64,000 nt of DNA, taken from the NCBI GenBank assembly GCA_964347635.1, contig CAYFZI010000001.1, positions 29,322 to 93,321 on the forward strand, read 5' to 3'. Below the pieces are notes generated by a model, which searched no databases, was not told the origin of the DNA, and saw only the letters and a list, made by a program, of their open reading frames with translations. The translations under genes and the position numbers were made by a program. Each line of letters opens with the position of its first letter. The stretch's first letter is position 1. The DNA is from an uncultured Dehalococcoidia bacterium (GTDB taxonomy: Bacteria > Chloroflexota > Dehalococcoidia > Bin125). Of the stretch, positions 28,823-39,806 are shown in pieces.

Positions 28823-29734
28823 TTACGGTACGGCTCCGCGTGTGCGGGCGACGGCGGCGGCGAGCGCCGCTGCATCCGCCGCGCCCGTCAGCCGTTCGCG
28901 GTAGACGCCGCTGCGGTCGATCAGCAGCAGCTCCGGCAGGCCGTCGATGCGGTAGTGGACGGCCGCGGCCGCCTCGCGGTCGATCACGCTGGGGATGCCC
29001 AACGCGGCTTCGACAAAGGCCCGCGCGGCTGCGCCCGGTGCGTCGTAGACGTTGATCGCCAGCACGGCCAGATCGCCCTCGGCGCCGCCAAGGCGGCGCC
29101 ATAGCTCGTCGAGCTGCCGCAGCAGCTCGAGATCACCCGTGTTCCAGGAGGCCCAGAAGACCAGCACGACCGTCTTGCCCCGGAAGTCGGAGAGCGCCGC
29201 GCTCCCTTCGCCTTCCAACCGCGGCAGCGTGAAGTTGGGCGCCGGCTGGCCGCGCTGCAGCCGCGCCGCGCCCGCTTCGATGCTGGGCGGGATCTGGTCC
29301 GCTGCAGCCCGAATCGAGGCCGGCGAGCTGCGCAGCCAGCGATCGACGGCCGCCGCCTGCCAGCTGAAGAAGCGGCGCTCCGGCATGATCGTGCGCACCG
29401 CGCCGCCCAGCTGCACGGACAGCGCGACTTCGACTCGGCCGTCGGCGTTGCGCCGCACCCGCACCCGCAGCGAGGCTGCGCCGTGCTCCACCGCCGAGGA
29501 CTGCAGCCAGCGGTCAACGGGCGCCTGCGCGTAGGGGAAGAAGCGGGCGCGGGGGCAGCGCCGCTGCGACTCTTCGGTCAGCTCGAGGCAGAGCTCGACA
29601 CGGCCGTCCTGCGCTTTGCGGGCAGCGATGCGCACCTCGACGGTATCGCCCTGCGCGTCGACTGCGGCGCCGCCGAGCAGCGCGGCCAGCAGGCCGAGCA
29701 GCGCCGCCGCCAGCGCCAGCCGCGCCATGCTCAA
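28823..29734 (-). CDS. Secreted protein: 2x novel N-repeat + redox-inactive TlpA-like thioredoxin-fold domain
   Basis: Signal peptide, then two copies of the EVRIAARKAQDGRVELCLEL...FFPYAQAPVDRWLQSS repeat, homologous to the N-terminal domain of the 38683-42984 array. The C-terminal domain aligns to TlpA/ResA (PAPNFTLP...GKTVVLVFWASWNTGD...GLPELLLIDRSG), but the WCxxC active site is replaced by WNTGD. Confidence 0.7.
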   Translation of the reverse strand: MSMARLALAAALLGLLAALLGGAAVDAQGDTVEVRIAARKAQDGRVELCLELTEESQRRCPRARFFPYAQAPVDRWLQSSAVEHGAASLRVRVRRNADGRVEVALSVQLGGAVRTIMPERRFFSWQAAAVDRWLRSSPASIRAAADQIPPSIEAGAARLQRGQPAPNFTLPRLEGEGSAALSDFRGKTVVLVFWASWNTGDLELLRQLDELWRRLGGAEGDLAVLAINVYDAPGAAARAFVEAALGIPSVIDREAAAAVHYRIDGLPELLLIDRSGVYRERLTGAADAAALAAAVARTRGAVP

Positions 29735-30264
29735 GCGGGGTTCATCGAGAAGTTGTGGTTGCCCAGGAATGCGCCGGCCCCGGCCACCGCGATGGTCAGC
29801 AGCAGCCCCGTGATCGAGAGCACGATCGTCAGCCGCCGCACTCGGACCAACTCAGTGCTGTCATCGGCCGCGGCCGCGGCTTGCCGCGCCAGCTCGAGCT
29901 GGCGCGGGCCGAACACGAACTGGTGCAGCCCGATCGCCGCGATCATCGCCGCCCACAGCGCCATCTTCACGACAAAGATGATGCCCCAGCGGGCATCGTA
30001 GATCGATGCGCCGAAATTCTCCGCCTGGTCGAGCCGCGGGTCGACCATCGCGCCCCCGCTGACCACGATGATGATCATCGCTGCGATCCCGAGCCGGCCG
30101 AAGCGCCGCGTGAAACCCTCCATCACATGGAGCCAAAACTCGCGGTCGCCCGCGGCGCGCAGCGCGGGAACCACCGCCGCGGCGGTCAGCACCTGGCCGC
30201 CCAGCCAGACCGCGACAGCGATCACGTGCAGCCAGATCAGGATCGAAAGCACTGACTCCGACAT
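29731..30264 (-). CDS. CopD-like / DUF2269-like integral membrane protein
   Basis: Four TM helices. The stop overlaps the downstream start (ATGA). Start is ambiguous between ATG 30264 (GGAG 9 nt upstream) and GTG 30273. Confidence 0.55.
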   Translation of the reverse strand: MSESVLSILIWLHVIAVAVWLGGQVLTAAAVVPALRAAGDREFWLHVMEGFTRRFGRLGIAAMIIIVVSGGAMVDPRLDQAENFGASIYDARWGIIFVVKMALWAAMIAAIGLHQFVFGPRQLELARQAAAAADDSTELVRVRRLTIVLSITGLLLTIAVAGAGAFLGNHNFSMNPA

Positions 30265-30314
30265 CGCCAACACTCCGCTCGAGAAGGCCCTGAGAAGGTT
30301 ATCCGAGCGCCGCG

Positions 30315-32316
<2,002 letters not shown>

Positions 32317-32325
32317 ACTGCCGCA

Positions 32326-33279
32326 ATGGCGAAGCCGTTCCTCAAGTGGGCGGGCGGCAAGACGCAGCTGCTCCCGCAGCTGCTGGCGGCTGCGCCGGCC
32401 CAGATCAGCACCTACTACGAACCGTTCCTCGGCGGCGGCGCACTCTTCTTCGCGCTCGATCGTCAGAATCGCTTTGAACGCGCAGTGCTCTCCGATCTGA
32501 ATGCAGATCTGATCAATGCATTCGTCCAGGTCCGTGACGCTGTCGACGACGTGATCGTGGCGCTCCGGACGCATGAGGCACAATACGTCGGAAAGACAGT
32601 GCGACGTGCTGACTATTTCTACAACGTGCGGGGGCAGACATACATGTTTGCTCCTGAGCAGGCAGCCCGGATGATTTTTCTCAACAAAACCTGCTTCAAT
32701 GGCCTATATCGCGTCAATAGCCGCGGCGAGTTCAACGTCCCTCACGGCCGCTATGCCAACCCTACTATCTGCGACGAGGACGGCTTGCGCGCCGTTTCCG
32801 AAGCCCTGCAAGGCGTCGAGATCCGCCTGTCAGATTTCGAAGATGCGGTCCGCGACGTCAACCGTGGGGACTTCGTCTATTTCGATCCGCCATATATCCC
32901 CGTAAGCGACACGTCTAGTTTCACGGCGTACACGGCAGACTCTTTTGGTCTCGACGAGCAGCATCGGCTCGCAGACATCGCAATGGAATTGACCGCGCGT
33001 GGTGTCAGCGTTTTGCTTTCAAACTCCAACCACCCTGATGTGCAAGCTCTCTACCATGCACGGGGAATGTCAACGAAGGCTGTTGCCGCTGGGCGGGCGA
33101 TCAACTCTGTAGGCACAGCTCGTGGCTCGATCACTGAATATCTCATTCGCCCCAAACAAGCCTCGCGCTCACGACGAACACCAGCGTCTATTCGAGATCG
33201 CGCCCGAAAAACGACCGAAGCCAGACGTCCAATTCGCCAATTTCAATGGCGAAGCCGGTTGCGCGCAAGAAGCCTTTGA
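32326..33279 (+). CDS. dam: DNA adenine methyltransferase, Dam family (GATC-type N6-adenine MTase)
   Basis: MAKPFLKWAGGKTQLLPQLL..., EPFLGGGALFF (motif I) and DPPY (motif IV). The gene lies in a ~55% GC island. The last ~35 aa are Arg-rich and overlap a convergent ORF, so the true stop may be earlier. Confidence 0.88.
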   Translation: MAKPFLKWAGGKTQLLPQLLAAAPAQISTYYEPFLGGGALFFALDRQNRFERAVLSDLNADLINAFVQVRDAVDDVIVALRTHEAQYVGKTVRRADYFYNVRGQTYMFAPEQAARMIFLNKTCFNGLYRVNSRGEFNVPHGRYANPTICDEDGLRAVSEALQGVEIRLSDFEDAVRDVNRGDFVYFDPPYIPVSDTSSFTAYTADSFGLDEQHRLADIAMELTARGVSVLLSNSNHPDVQALYHARGMSTKAVAAGRAINSVGTARGSITEYLIRPKQASRSRRTPASIRDRARKTTEARRPIRQFQWRSRLRARSL

Positions 33280-33570
33280 ACTCGATAGTGAATTTATCGC
33301 CGGCAAGCACGACGATCCCGCGGATTGGCCAAGTGCGCATGTCTTCGATCTGCGCTGGAATCTTCTCATACGTCGTCCCACTGGTTCCCTGATACCGACA
33401 CAGAATGCCGAGGCGTTCGCCAGTCTCGGGATCAGAGGCGACCACATCAATGACCCGATTGCTTCCCCAGACGGTCTTCCCAACAGGCACTTTGCGTTGC
33501 GCGAGCAGCTGAAGGCTCTCTACCGTTTCAGCGACCGTTTTCACGAGTTCGTTGTGTGACTTGACCATCA
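32450..33570. mobile_element. Low-GC (~55%) island carrying a Dam-family MTase and a small coupled ORF; putative horizontally acquired module
   Basis: Composition drops from ~70% to ~55% GC across the 3' two-thirds of dam and the whole 33188-33568 ORF. No integrase or inverted repeats were seen. Confidence 0.4.
33188..33568 (-). CDS. Hypothetical small protein (127 aa) within the low-GC island
   Basis: ATG at 33568 sits immediately after the maoC-like stop, with a GGAGGAG RBS inside the upstream gene's last codons (ccGGAGGAGtgaGTGATG). About 55% GC. No family recognised. Confidence 0.5.
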   Translation of the reverse strand: MVKSHNELVKTVAETVESLQLLAQRKVPVGKTVWGSNRVIDVVASDPETGERLGILCRYQGTSGTTYEKIPAQIEDMRTWPIRGIVVLAGDKFTIEFKGFLRATGFAIEIGELDVWLRSFFGRDLE

Positions 33571-33571
33571 C

Positions 33572-34039
33572 TCACTCCTCCGGCCGCTTCGGGATCATCA
33601 CCGCGCGGGTGAATTCCAGCACCGTCTCGCCGCGCTGATTGTGCCCGGTTGTGTGCACCGTGACGATCCCGCGGTCGGGCTGGGAGCGCGATTCGCGTAT
33701 CTGCGTCACTTCTGTCCGCGCGCTCAGCGTGTCGCCGTGGAAGACCGGCGCCGTGTGGCGCAGGTCCGTCGTGGCCAGATTGGCGATCGCTTTGCCGCTC
33801 ACGATCGGCACGGTCATCCCGAAGACCAGCGAATAGACGAACGGCCCCGAAACGATCCGCCGCCCGAACTGCGTGTCCTCCGCATACTCCCGGTTCGTGT
33901 GCAGCGGGTGGTGATTCATCGTCAGCATGCAGAACATCAGGTCATCGGCTTCGGTCACGGTGCGGGCCGGCCAGTGCTCGATGATCTCGCCCGGTTCGAA
34001 CTCGTCGAGATAGCGGCCAAACAGTTCTTTGGTCGGCAT
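33572..34039 (-). CDS. MaoC-like (R)-specific enoyl-CoA hydratase, hotdog fold
   Basis: Hotdog-fold hydratase motifs (NHHPLHTNREYA...GRRIVSGPF). Confidence 0.85.
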   Translation of the reverse strand: MPTKELFGRYLDEFEPGEIIEHWPARTVTEADDLMFCMLTMNHHPLHTNREYAEDTQFGRRIVSGPFVYSLVFGMTVPIVSGKAIANLATTDLRHTAPVFHGDTLSARTEVTQIRESRSQPDRGIVTVHTTGHNQRGETVLEFTRAVMIPKRPEE

Positions 34040-34056
34040 CTGCGTCCTCCCTGCGC

Positions 34057-35244
34057 CTAATCGACGCGGTACAGCTCGAGCAGTCGGCGTGCGATCACGA
34101 GCCGCTGAATCTCGTTTGTGCCTTCGGCCACCGCCATCAGCGGGGCGTCGCGGTAGTAACGCTCAATCGGCAGCTCTTTCGTGTACCCGACGCCGCCGTG
34201 GACGCGCATCGACTCCAACGTGCACTCCAGCGCCACTTCGGTGGCGAAGAGCTTGGCCATACCCACATCGAGGTCGGAGCGCTGGCCGCTGTCCTTTTTG
34301 CGGGCCGCGTCGCGCGTGAGCAGCCGTGCCGCCCGAATCTTCGTCGCCATCTCCGCCAGCTTGAGCTGAATCGCCTGATGCTGGGCGATCGGGCGGCCCA
34401 TCGTTTCGCGCTGCTGCGCATAGACGATCGCGTGGTCGAACGCGGCCTGGGCGACGCCGGTCGCACGCGAGGCGACGTTGATCCGCCCGATCTCCAGCCC
34501 GCTGATCATCTGCTGGAAGCCGCGCCCTTCGCGGCCCCCGAGCAGGTTTGCCGCCGGTACCCGAGCGTCCTCCAGGAACAGCTCCGCCGTCTCCGGCCCT
34601 TTGTAGCCGAGTTTGTCGATCGTCCGCGCAATCGAGAAGCCGGGCGTGCTGCGCTCGACCAGGAAGGCCGAAATCCCGCGGTGGCGCGGGTTCGCCTCGG
34701 GGTCTGTCTTGGTCATCGCTAGGTAGACGTCGCCGCGATCGCCGTTCGTCACGAACAGTTTGTTGCCGTTGAGCAGGTAGTCGTCTCCGTCGCGCGCAGC
34801 GGTGGTGCGGATCGCCTGCGCGTCGGAGCCGGCGTTGGGCTCGGTGATCGTGAAGCAGCCCTGCAGCTCGCCCGAAGCGAGGCCGGGCAGAAAGCGGCCG
34901 CGCTGCTCATCGGTGCCGTGCTGCTCGATGATCCAGCCGTCGATCACGTTGGTGTTGATGATTCCCGCCAGCCCCATCCAGCCGCGCGAAATTTCCTCGA
35001 TCACCGCCGAGTAGGTTTCGAACGAAAGCCCCAGCCCGCCGTAGGCCTCGGGAAAGGTGATCGCGAAGAGCCCCATCTCGCACATGGCGCGGTGGATCGC
35101 GGTCGGAAACTCGCCGGCCTGTTCGAGCGCGTTGGCCTGGGGGATGACCTGTTCATCGACCCAGCGGCGCACATTGCGAACGATCTCGATGCCCGCCTCG
35201 CCGTCGCCGCTGATGATCTCCCGTACATCGCTCGCCGCGGCCAT
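34057..35244 (-). CDS. Acyl-CoA dehydrogenase
   Basis: Classical ACAD: GCFTITEPNAGSDA, QHQAIQLKLAEM and the C-terminal GGVGYTKELPIERYYRDAPL. Confidence 0.92.
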   Translation of the reverse strand: MAAASDVREIISGDGEAGIEIVRNVRRWVDEQVIPQANALEQAGEFPTAIHRAMCEMGLFAITFPEAYGGLGLSFETYSAVIEEISRGWMGLAGIINTNVIDGWIIEQHGTDEQRGRFLPGLASGELQGCFTITEPNAGSDAQAIRTTAARDGDDYLLNGNKLFVTNGDRGDVYLAMTKTDPEANPRHRGISAFLVERSTPGFSIARTIDKLGYKGPETAELFLEDARVPAANLLGGREGRGFQQMISGLEIGRINVASRATGVAQAAFDHAIVYAQQRETMGRPIAQHQAIQLKLAEMATKIRAARLLTRDAARKKDSGQRSDLDVGMAKLFATEVALECTLESMRVHGGVGYTKELPIERYYRDAPLMAVAEGTNEIQRLVIARRLLELYRVD

Positions 35245-35320
35245 ATGCGCTCCTCCCAGCTTTGGTCCGCCTCAGTGTACGCACGAGTAGGCTGAACGCT
35301 CCGAGGAAGGAGGCGCAGCG

Positions 35321-36520
35321 ATGAGTCGAACCCCGGTGCCCCACAGCGAGTGGCTCGAGGCCGCGGAAGCAGTTGGGCCGACCCTGCGCGGGCATGCCGA
35401 GCAGAACGAGCAGCTGCGCCGCCTGGCCCCGCCCGTGGTCGAGGCGCTGCGTGCTGCGCGGTTGTTCTCGATCTTCGCGCCGACCGAGGTTGGCGGCGGC
35501 AACCTCGATCCCGCTGGGCACCTCGAGGTCATCGCGGCGCTGACAGCGCACGACGGCTCGGCCGGCTGGTGCGCGATGATCGGCGCGCACGAATCGGCCT
35601 GGCTCGGCGCGCGTCTGCCCGAGTCCGGCATCGAGCGCGTCTTTGGCGCCGCGCAGTGGCCGATCACAGCAGGGCAGCCCTTTCCCGGCGGCGAAGCGCG
35701 GCCCGCGCCGGGCGGCTGGCGGCTCAGCGGACGCTGGGGCTGGGGCTCCGGCATCCACCACGCCGATTGGGTGATAGCGCAGGCGCGGATCGTCGATGGA
35801 CCTGGCGCAGAGCCAGGTGCAGAAACAGGCGCGGCCGAGAGCGAGGCGGGGCCGCCTGAACTGCTCACCGCCGTTGTCCCGCGCGCGCAGGTCGAAATCG
35901 AGGACACCTGGCATGTCGCCGGGATGCAGGGCACAGGCAGCAGCCACTACCGGCTCGAAGACGAATTCGTCAGCGCGGATTTTCGCCTGCAGCCCTTTGA
36001 GCAGCCGCCCCTGCGCGGCTCCGGCTGGGTCGCGCGGCCGACCCTCACCTTCCTCTGCCCGGCAGCCTTCGGGATCGCGCTGGGGCTGGCGGAGCGCGCG
36101 ATCGAGGAAGCGGCGGCGCTCGCCGCGACGCGTGTGCGGCTCGGCGCGCGCGCGCCGCTGGCCGAGCGCGAGCTCTTCCAGCGCGAGCTGGGCGAGCTGG
36201 CCGCAACCGCGCGCGCGATCCGCGGGCACGGCCTCGAGCTCTTCCGCGGGCTGGCTGAGGCGCCCGTGCGCAGCGTCTCCGACGCCGTGCAGATGGACGA
36301 CACCGCACGCAGCGCCGCCGCCTGGGCGACGCGCAGCGCCGAGTCGGTCGTGCGCACCGCCCACCGCGCCGCCGGCGGCGACGCCGTCTTCCTCGATCAC
36401 CCCCTCCAGCGCCTGCTGCGCGATGTGCAGACCGCCTCCCAGCATGTGGTCGTTTCCGACAACGCCTTCCAGCGCCTCGGCCGCCACACGCTCGGCCTGC
36501 CGGTGCGGCCCGGCCTGTGA
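35321..36520 (+). CDS. Acyl-CoA-dehydrogenase-like flavin-dependent monooxygenase/hydroxylase (group D), paralog 1
   Basis: ACAD type-2 fold without the CoA-thioester catalytic base pattern. TWHVAGMQGTGSSHYRLEDEFV is typical of HsaA/DszC/HpaB-like two-component monooxygenase oxygenases. Confidence 0.7.
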   Translation: MSRTPVPHSEWLEAAEAVGPTLRGHAEQNEQLRRLAPPVVEALRAARLFSIFAPTEVGGGNLDPAGHLEVIAALTAHDGSAGWCAMIGAHESAWLGARLPESGIERVFGAAQWPITAGQPFPGGEARPAPGGWRLSGRWGWGSGIHHADWVIAQARIVDGPGAEPGAETGAAESEAGPPELLTAVVPRAQVEIEDTWHVAGMQGTGSSHYRLEDEFVSADFRLQPFEQPPLRGSGWVARPTLTFLCPAAFGIALGLAERAIEEAAALAATRVRLGARAPLAERELFQRELGELAATARAIRGHGLELFRGLAEAPVRSVSDAVQMDDTARSAAAWATRSAESVVRTAHRAAGGDAVFLDHPLQRLLRDVQTASQHVVVSDNAFQRLGRHTLGLPVRPGL

Positions 36521-36582
36521 CCCGCCGAAGAGCGTGCGGATCGCTATGCTGGGTACCTGCTGAGAACCGAGGAGTGCTGGCG

Positions 36583-37116
36583 ATGCGCACTGCACTCGAG
36601 GTCGCTAAGTACTTTCTCAGCCTCGCCGCTGAACAGGGCGACGAGCTGAGTCAGCTGAAGCTGCAGAAACTCTGTTACTACGCGCAGGGCTACAACCTGG
36701 CGATGCGCGGCCAGCCGCTGTTCGACGACCCGATTGAGGCATGGGAGAAAGGCCCGGTCGTGCGGGGCCTGCGGCGTCATTTCGGGCCTCACGGTGAGAA
36801 CCCCATCCCTGCCGATCCGACGTTTGACCGAGAGGAGGCCTGCGGCGTTCGGGAAAGCGCGCTGCTGCACGCCGTCTACCGCGAGTTCCGCGCTGCGAGC
36901 GGCTCCGATCTCGTGACCGCGACTCACGGCGAACGGCCGTGGCAAGAGGCGCGCCAGAATGATGCGAACCTCTGCACCAATACCATGCGCGACCACTTCC
37001 TGCAGCGGCTTGAGTGCTCCGAGCGGCCCGCGCCGGTCTACCGATACTCACTGGAAGAGTCCTTGGCGCGCTCTGCAGCCGATATCGCCGCAGGCCGCTA
37101 CCGGCCGCTTCGGTGA
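36583..37116 (+). CDS. Panacea (DUF4065) domain protein, SocA/PanA antitoxin-like
   Basis: MRTALEVAKYFLSLAAEQGDELSQLKLQKLCYYAQGYNLAMRGQPLFDDPIEAWEKGPVV matches the Panacea domain signature. GAGGAG RBS. Sits between the two monooxygenase paralogs. Confidence 0.7.
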   Translation: MRTALEVAKYFLSLAAEQGDELSQLKLQKLCYYAQGYNLAMRGQPLFDDPIEAWEKGPVVRGLRRHFGPHGENPIPADPTFDREEACGVRESALLHAVYREFRAASGSDLVTATHGERPWQEARQNDANLCTNTMRDHFLQRLECSERPAPVYRYSLEESLARSAADIAAGRYRPLR

Positions 37117-37453
37117 CATCGCCGCCGCGCGGCTACGACTACGTCATCACCGATAAAGAGCTTAAAGAGCTGGATCTATACCACTGCTGCCGCGTACTGA
37201 CATGCGCGCTCAACGCGCCCTGGACGACTTGCCCGCTGATCCCACACTGAGGCGCCCAACCATTTCCAGGCGGTCAGGGGGAGAGTCGTCGAGCTTTGTG
37301 CTCAACGTTGGTGGCGTCGCGGTCTATTTCGACATGCTGAACGCGTACACCGCGGCCGTGCGTGCAATCCGTGTCGAGCGTTGATGCTCACATCGCCCGG
37401 CGCACCGCGGTACCCTGTGCGGGATCTCGGGGCCATGCGGCTGGGGGTGCGCC

Positions 37454-38641
37454 GTGAGCCGAACGACTCCGCAGCGCCGGCGCGAGCGCAGCGACTGGCT
37501 CGGCCGCGCTGAGGCGATCCATTCGACCCTGCGCGGGCACGCCGCCGAATCGATTCAGCTGCGCACCCTCGCGCCCGCCTCGGTCGATGCGCTGGAGGCG
37601 AGCGGCATCTTCGCCGTCTCCGGCCCCGAGGAAGTGAACGGCTTCGCCGTTCATCCGACAACGCAGCTGGAGCTGTTCGCCGAGCTTGCGCGCGCCGATG
37701 TCTCAGCCGCCTGGTGCGCGATGATTCAGGCGCAAACGACCGGCCTGGCCGCAGCCCACTTGCAGGACGGTGAACCACTCGACACCGTTTTCGGACCGTC
37801 CTACCCGCGCACCGCCGGCACCGCGAATCCGGAGGGCGAAGGGCTGCCCTGCGCGGGCGGGCATCGGCTCTCGGGGCGCTGGTCGTTCGCCAGCGGGATC
37901 CGCCACTGCGGTTGGGTGCTGGCCAATGTGCGCCTGCTCGACGCCGACGGCCAGCCGCGCCGGCTGGAGAGCGGGGCGCCGCGCATCACAGCGGTCGCCG
38001 TGCCGACCAGCGAGCTGGATATTGAAGACAGCTGGCACGTGATGGGGCTCGAAGGCACCGGCAGCTCGCATTACCGCATGCACGATCTGTTCGTGCCCAG
38101 CGAGTTCGAGCTGCCCTTCGGCGGGCCCAACCCGCGGCGCGGCAGCGCCTGGTTTGATGTGCCCACGATCACCTTCCTCAGCCCCGGCCACGCCACGATC
38201 CCGCTCGGCGCGGCGGAGCGCGCGCTCGAGCTGCTGCGCGAGGCTGCGACGCGGGTGCGCTTCGGGACCAGCACCTCGATCGGCGCGCGCGGCGCCTTTC
38301 AGCGCGATTTCGGGGTCGCCTCGCACCGCTGCGAAGCGGCCCGCGCCCACGCGGTCGACGTGCTCGACGGCGCTATGGCGCAGCGCGAGCGCGGCGAACC
38401 GATCACGCCGGCCGACGACGCCCGCATCCGCGGCATGGTCGCTTGGGTCACCGACACCTGCCTCGAGGTGGTGCGGTTCGCCCACCACAGCCTCGGCGGC
38501 GCGGCCGCCTTCCGCGAACACCCGCTGCAGCAGATCCTGCGCGATCTCAGCGCCGCCGCGCAGCACATGTTCGTCGCCGACACCGCCTACGAGCGCAGCG
38601 GCGCGCTGCGCCTCGGCCAGCGCCCGCCCGGCGCGCTCTAG
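37454..38641 (+). CDS. Acyl-CoA-dehydrogenase-like flavin-dependent monooxygenase/hydroxylase, paralog 2
   Basis: Homologous to 35321-36520 from the N-terminus (VSRTTPQRRRERSDWL vs MSRTPVPHSEWL; SWHVMGLEGTGSSHYRMHDLFV). GTG start. Confidence 0.7.
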   Translation: MSRTTPQRRRERSDWLGRAEAIHSTLRGHAAESIQLRTLAPASVDALEASGIFAVSGPEEVNGFAVHPTTQLELFAELARADVSAAWCAMIQAQTTGLAAAHLQDGEPLDTVFGPSYPRTAGTANPEGEGLPCAGGHRLSGRWSFASGIRHCGWVLANVRLLDADGQPRRLESGAPRITAVAVPTSELDIEDSWHVMGLEGTGSSHYRMHDLFVPSEFELPFGGPNPRRGSAWFDVPTITFLSPGHATIPLGAAERALELLREAATRVRFGTSTSIGARGAFQRDFGVASHRCEAARAHAVDVLDGAMAQRERGEPITPADDARIRGMVAWVTDTCLEVVRFAHHSLGGAAAFREHPLQQILRDLSAAAQHMFVADTAYERSGALRLGQRPPGAL

Positions 38642-38682
38642 GGCGCCGCGCCTGCCCCGCGCTGCGGCGGCAGCGCAGCAGC

Positions 38683-39678
38683 TCAGTAGTGGCCGCAGCG
38701 CGCGATGTTCTGCTGCAGCGGCGAGTCGAACAGCCCCAAGATCTCGAAGAACACTGTGAACCGCTCGCCGCGGATCTCGACGTGCATCCGCACATCCGAA
38801 GCGCCGCGCAGCTGTCCTGCGAATGCGCGCGGCGCGTCAGAGCTCACCGCGCCGCGGGGTTCCTCGGGGCCGCCGTGGATGTGCCATTTCGCTGAGCTGA
38901 GCGCTCCGCCGTCCACCGCCCAGAACACGGACGCCTCCGGAAACTCGACCTCGCCCAGCGGCGGCAGCCAGTACAGCTGCGCTATGAACTCCCGGTTGCT
39001 GCAGATCAAGGCCAGCCGGGCCCGCTCGTGCCCCTCGACGCCGGTCTTCTCGGAGATCACAGCGACGATCGTTGTCAGGTCCCTCTGCCCTCCGTCGTAG
39101 ACGGTGCCGTAGAGGATGCCGTCGGCCGTGGCGTCGCTGTCGACCGCGATCGGCTTGAACGCCGGGTCGACGGTCGTCGCCCACCAGGATTCCGCTGCTG
39201 CTGCGGCGGGGTCGAACTGCAGCGCGATCGGCGACGTCCGCAGCCAGCGGAAGTGCCTCGTATTGGAGGGGAAGTAGCGCCTGGGGGGCAGCATCAGCGC
39301 GCTCCACCAACCGTCGTTCCGGAGCTGCTGGAGGCCGAATTCCACGCGCCCGCCGCCGTCCCGCCGCATCGCGATTCGCACCTCGGTGATCGAGACGCTG
39401 CCGCCGCTCTCGATCCGCAGCTGGATCGGCGTGCCCTTATACCAGCGCGCGTGCGCCGCGTCTGCCCCAAACAGCCAGGTGCCGTGCTCCTCGTAGCTGC
39501 CCCAGGCGCCCCCGGCGCCGCGCCGCTGCAACCCCAATTCATAGCCGCCGCCAATGTGGTTGCGTGCGGCGACCCGAACCTCCAGCTCCAGCGGTGCGGC
39601 CGCCGCGCGCTCCGCAAGCGCCGCCGCAGCAAGCGCCGACAGCAGCACAAACACGGCCAGCAGTACGGCCTGCCCCAT
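38683..39678 (-). CDS. Novel secreted paralog A: signal peptide + 2x N-repeat + C-domain ending CGHY
   Basis: Signal peptide MGQAVLLAVFVLLSALAAAALA. Two N-repeats: EVRVAARNHIGGGYELGLQRRGAGGAWG... and EVRIAMRRDGGGRVEFGLQQLRNDGWW...RRYFPSNTRHFRWLRTSPIAL. The C-terminal domain (LTTIVAVIS...LICSNRE...FEILGLFDSPLQQNIARCGHY) is shared with the three upstream genes. Confidence 0.75.
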   Translation of the reverse strand: MGQAVLLAVFVLLSALAAAALAERAAAAPLELEVRVAARNHIGGGYELGLQRRGAGGAWGSYEEHGTWLFGADAAHARWYKGTPIQLRIESGGSVSITEVRIAMRRDGGGRVEFGLQQLRNDGWWSALMLPPRRYFPSNTRHFRWLRTSPIALQFDPAAAAAESWWATTVDPAFKPIAVDSDATADGILYGTVYDGGQRDLTTIVAVISEKTGVEGHERARLALICSNREFIAQLYWLPPLGEVEFPEASVFWAVDGGALSSAKWHIHGGPEEPRGAVSSDAPRAFAGQLRGASDVRMHVEIRGERFTVFFEILGLFDSPLQQNIARCGHY

Positions 39679-39806
39679 CCGCAGTACAGCTCCAACAGCC
39701 CTAGGCCTGCACGCACGCATCGGCGCACTCCTATTCAAGCTCACAGCCAGGCAGCGCCCTACCCTACCGCGCCTGCGCAGCGCGGCGGCGCGCCTATTTC
39801 CTGTCG

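Noticed and set aside
37014-37250. 78-aa plus-strand ORF downstream of and overlapping the Panacea gene, as a possible toxin
   Set aside because: Its ATG lies inside the Panacea coding region in another frame. The protein-like stretch beyond the Panacea stop has no in-frame start codon. This is more likely a decayed remnant than a gene.
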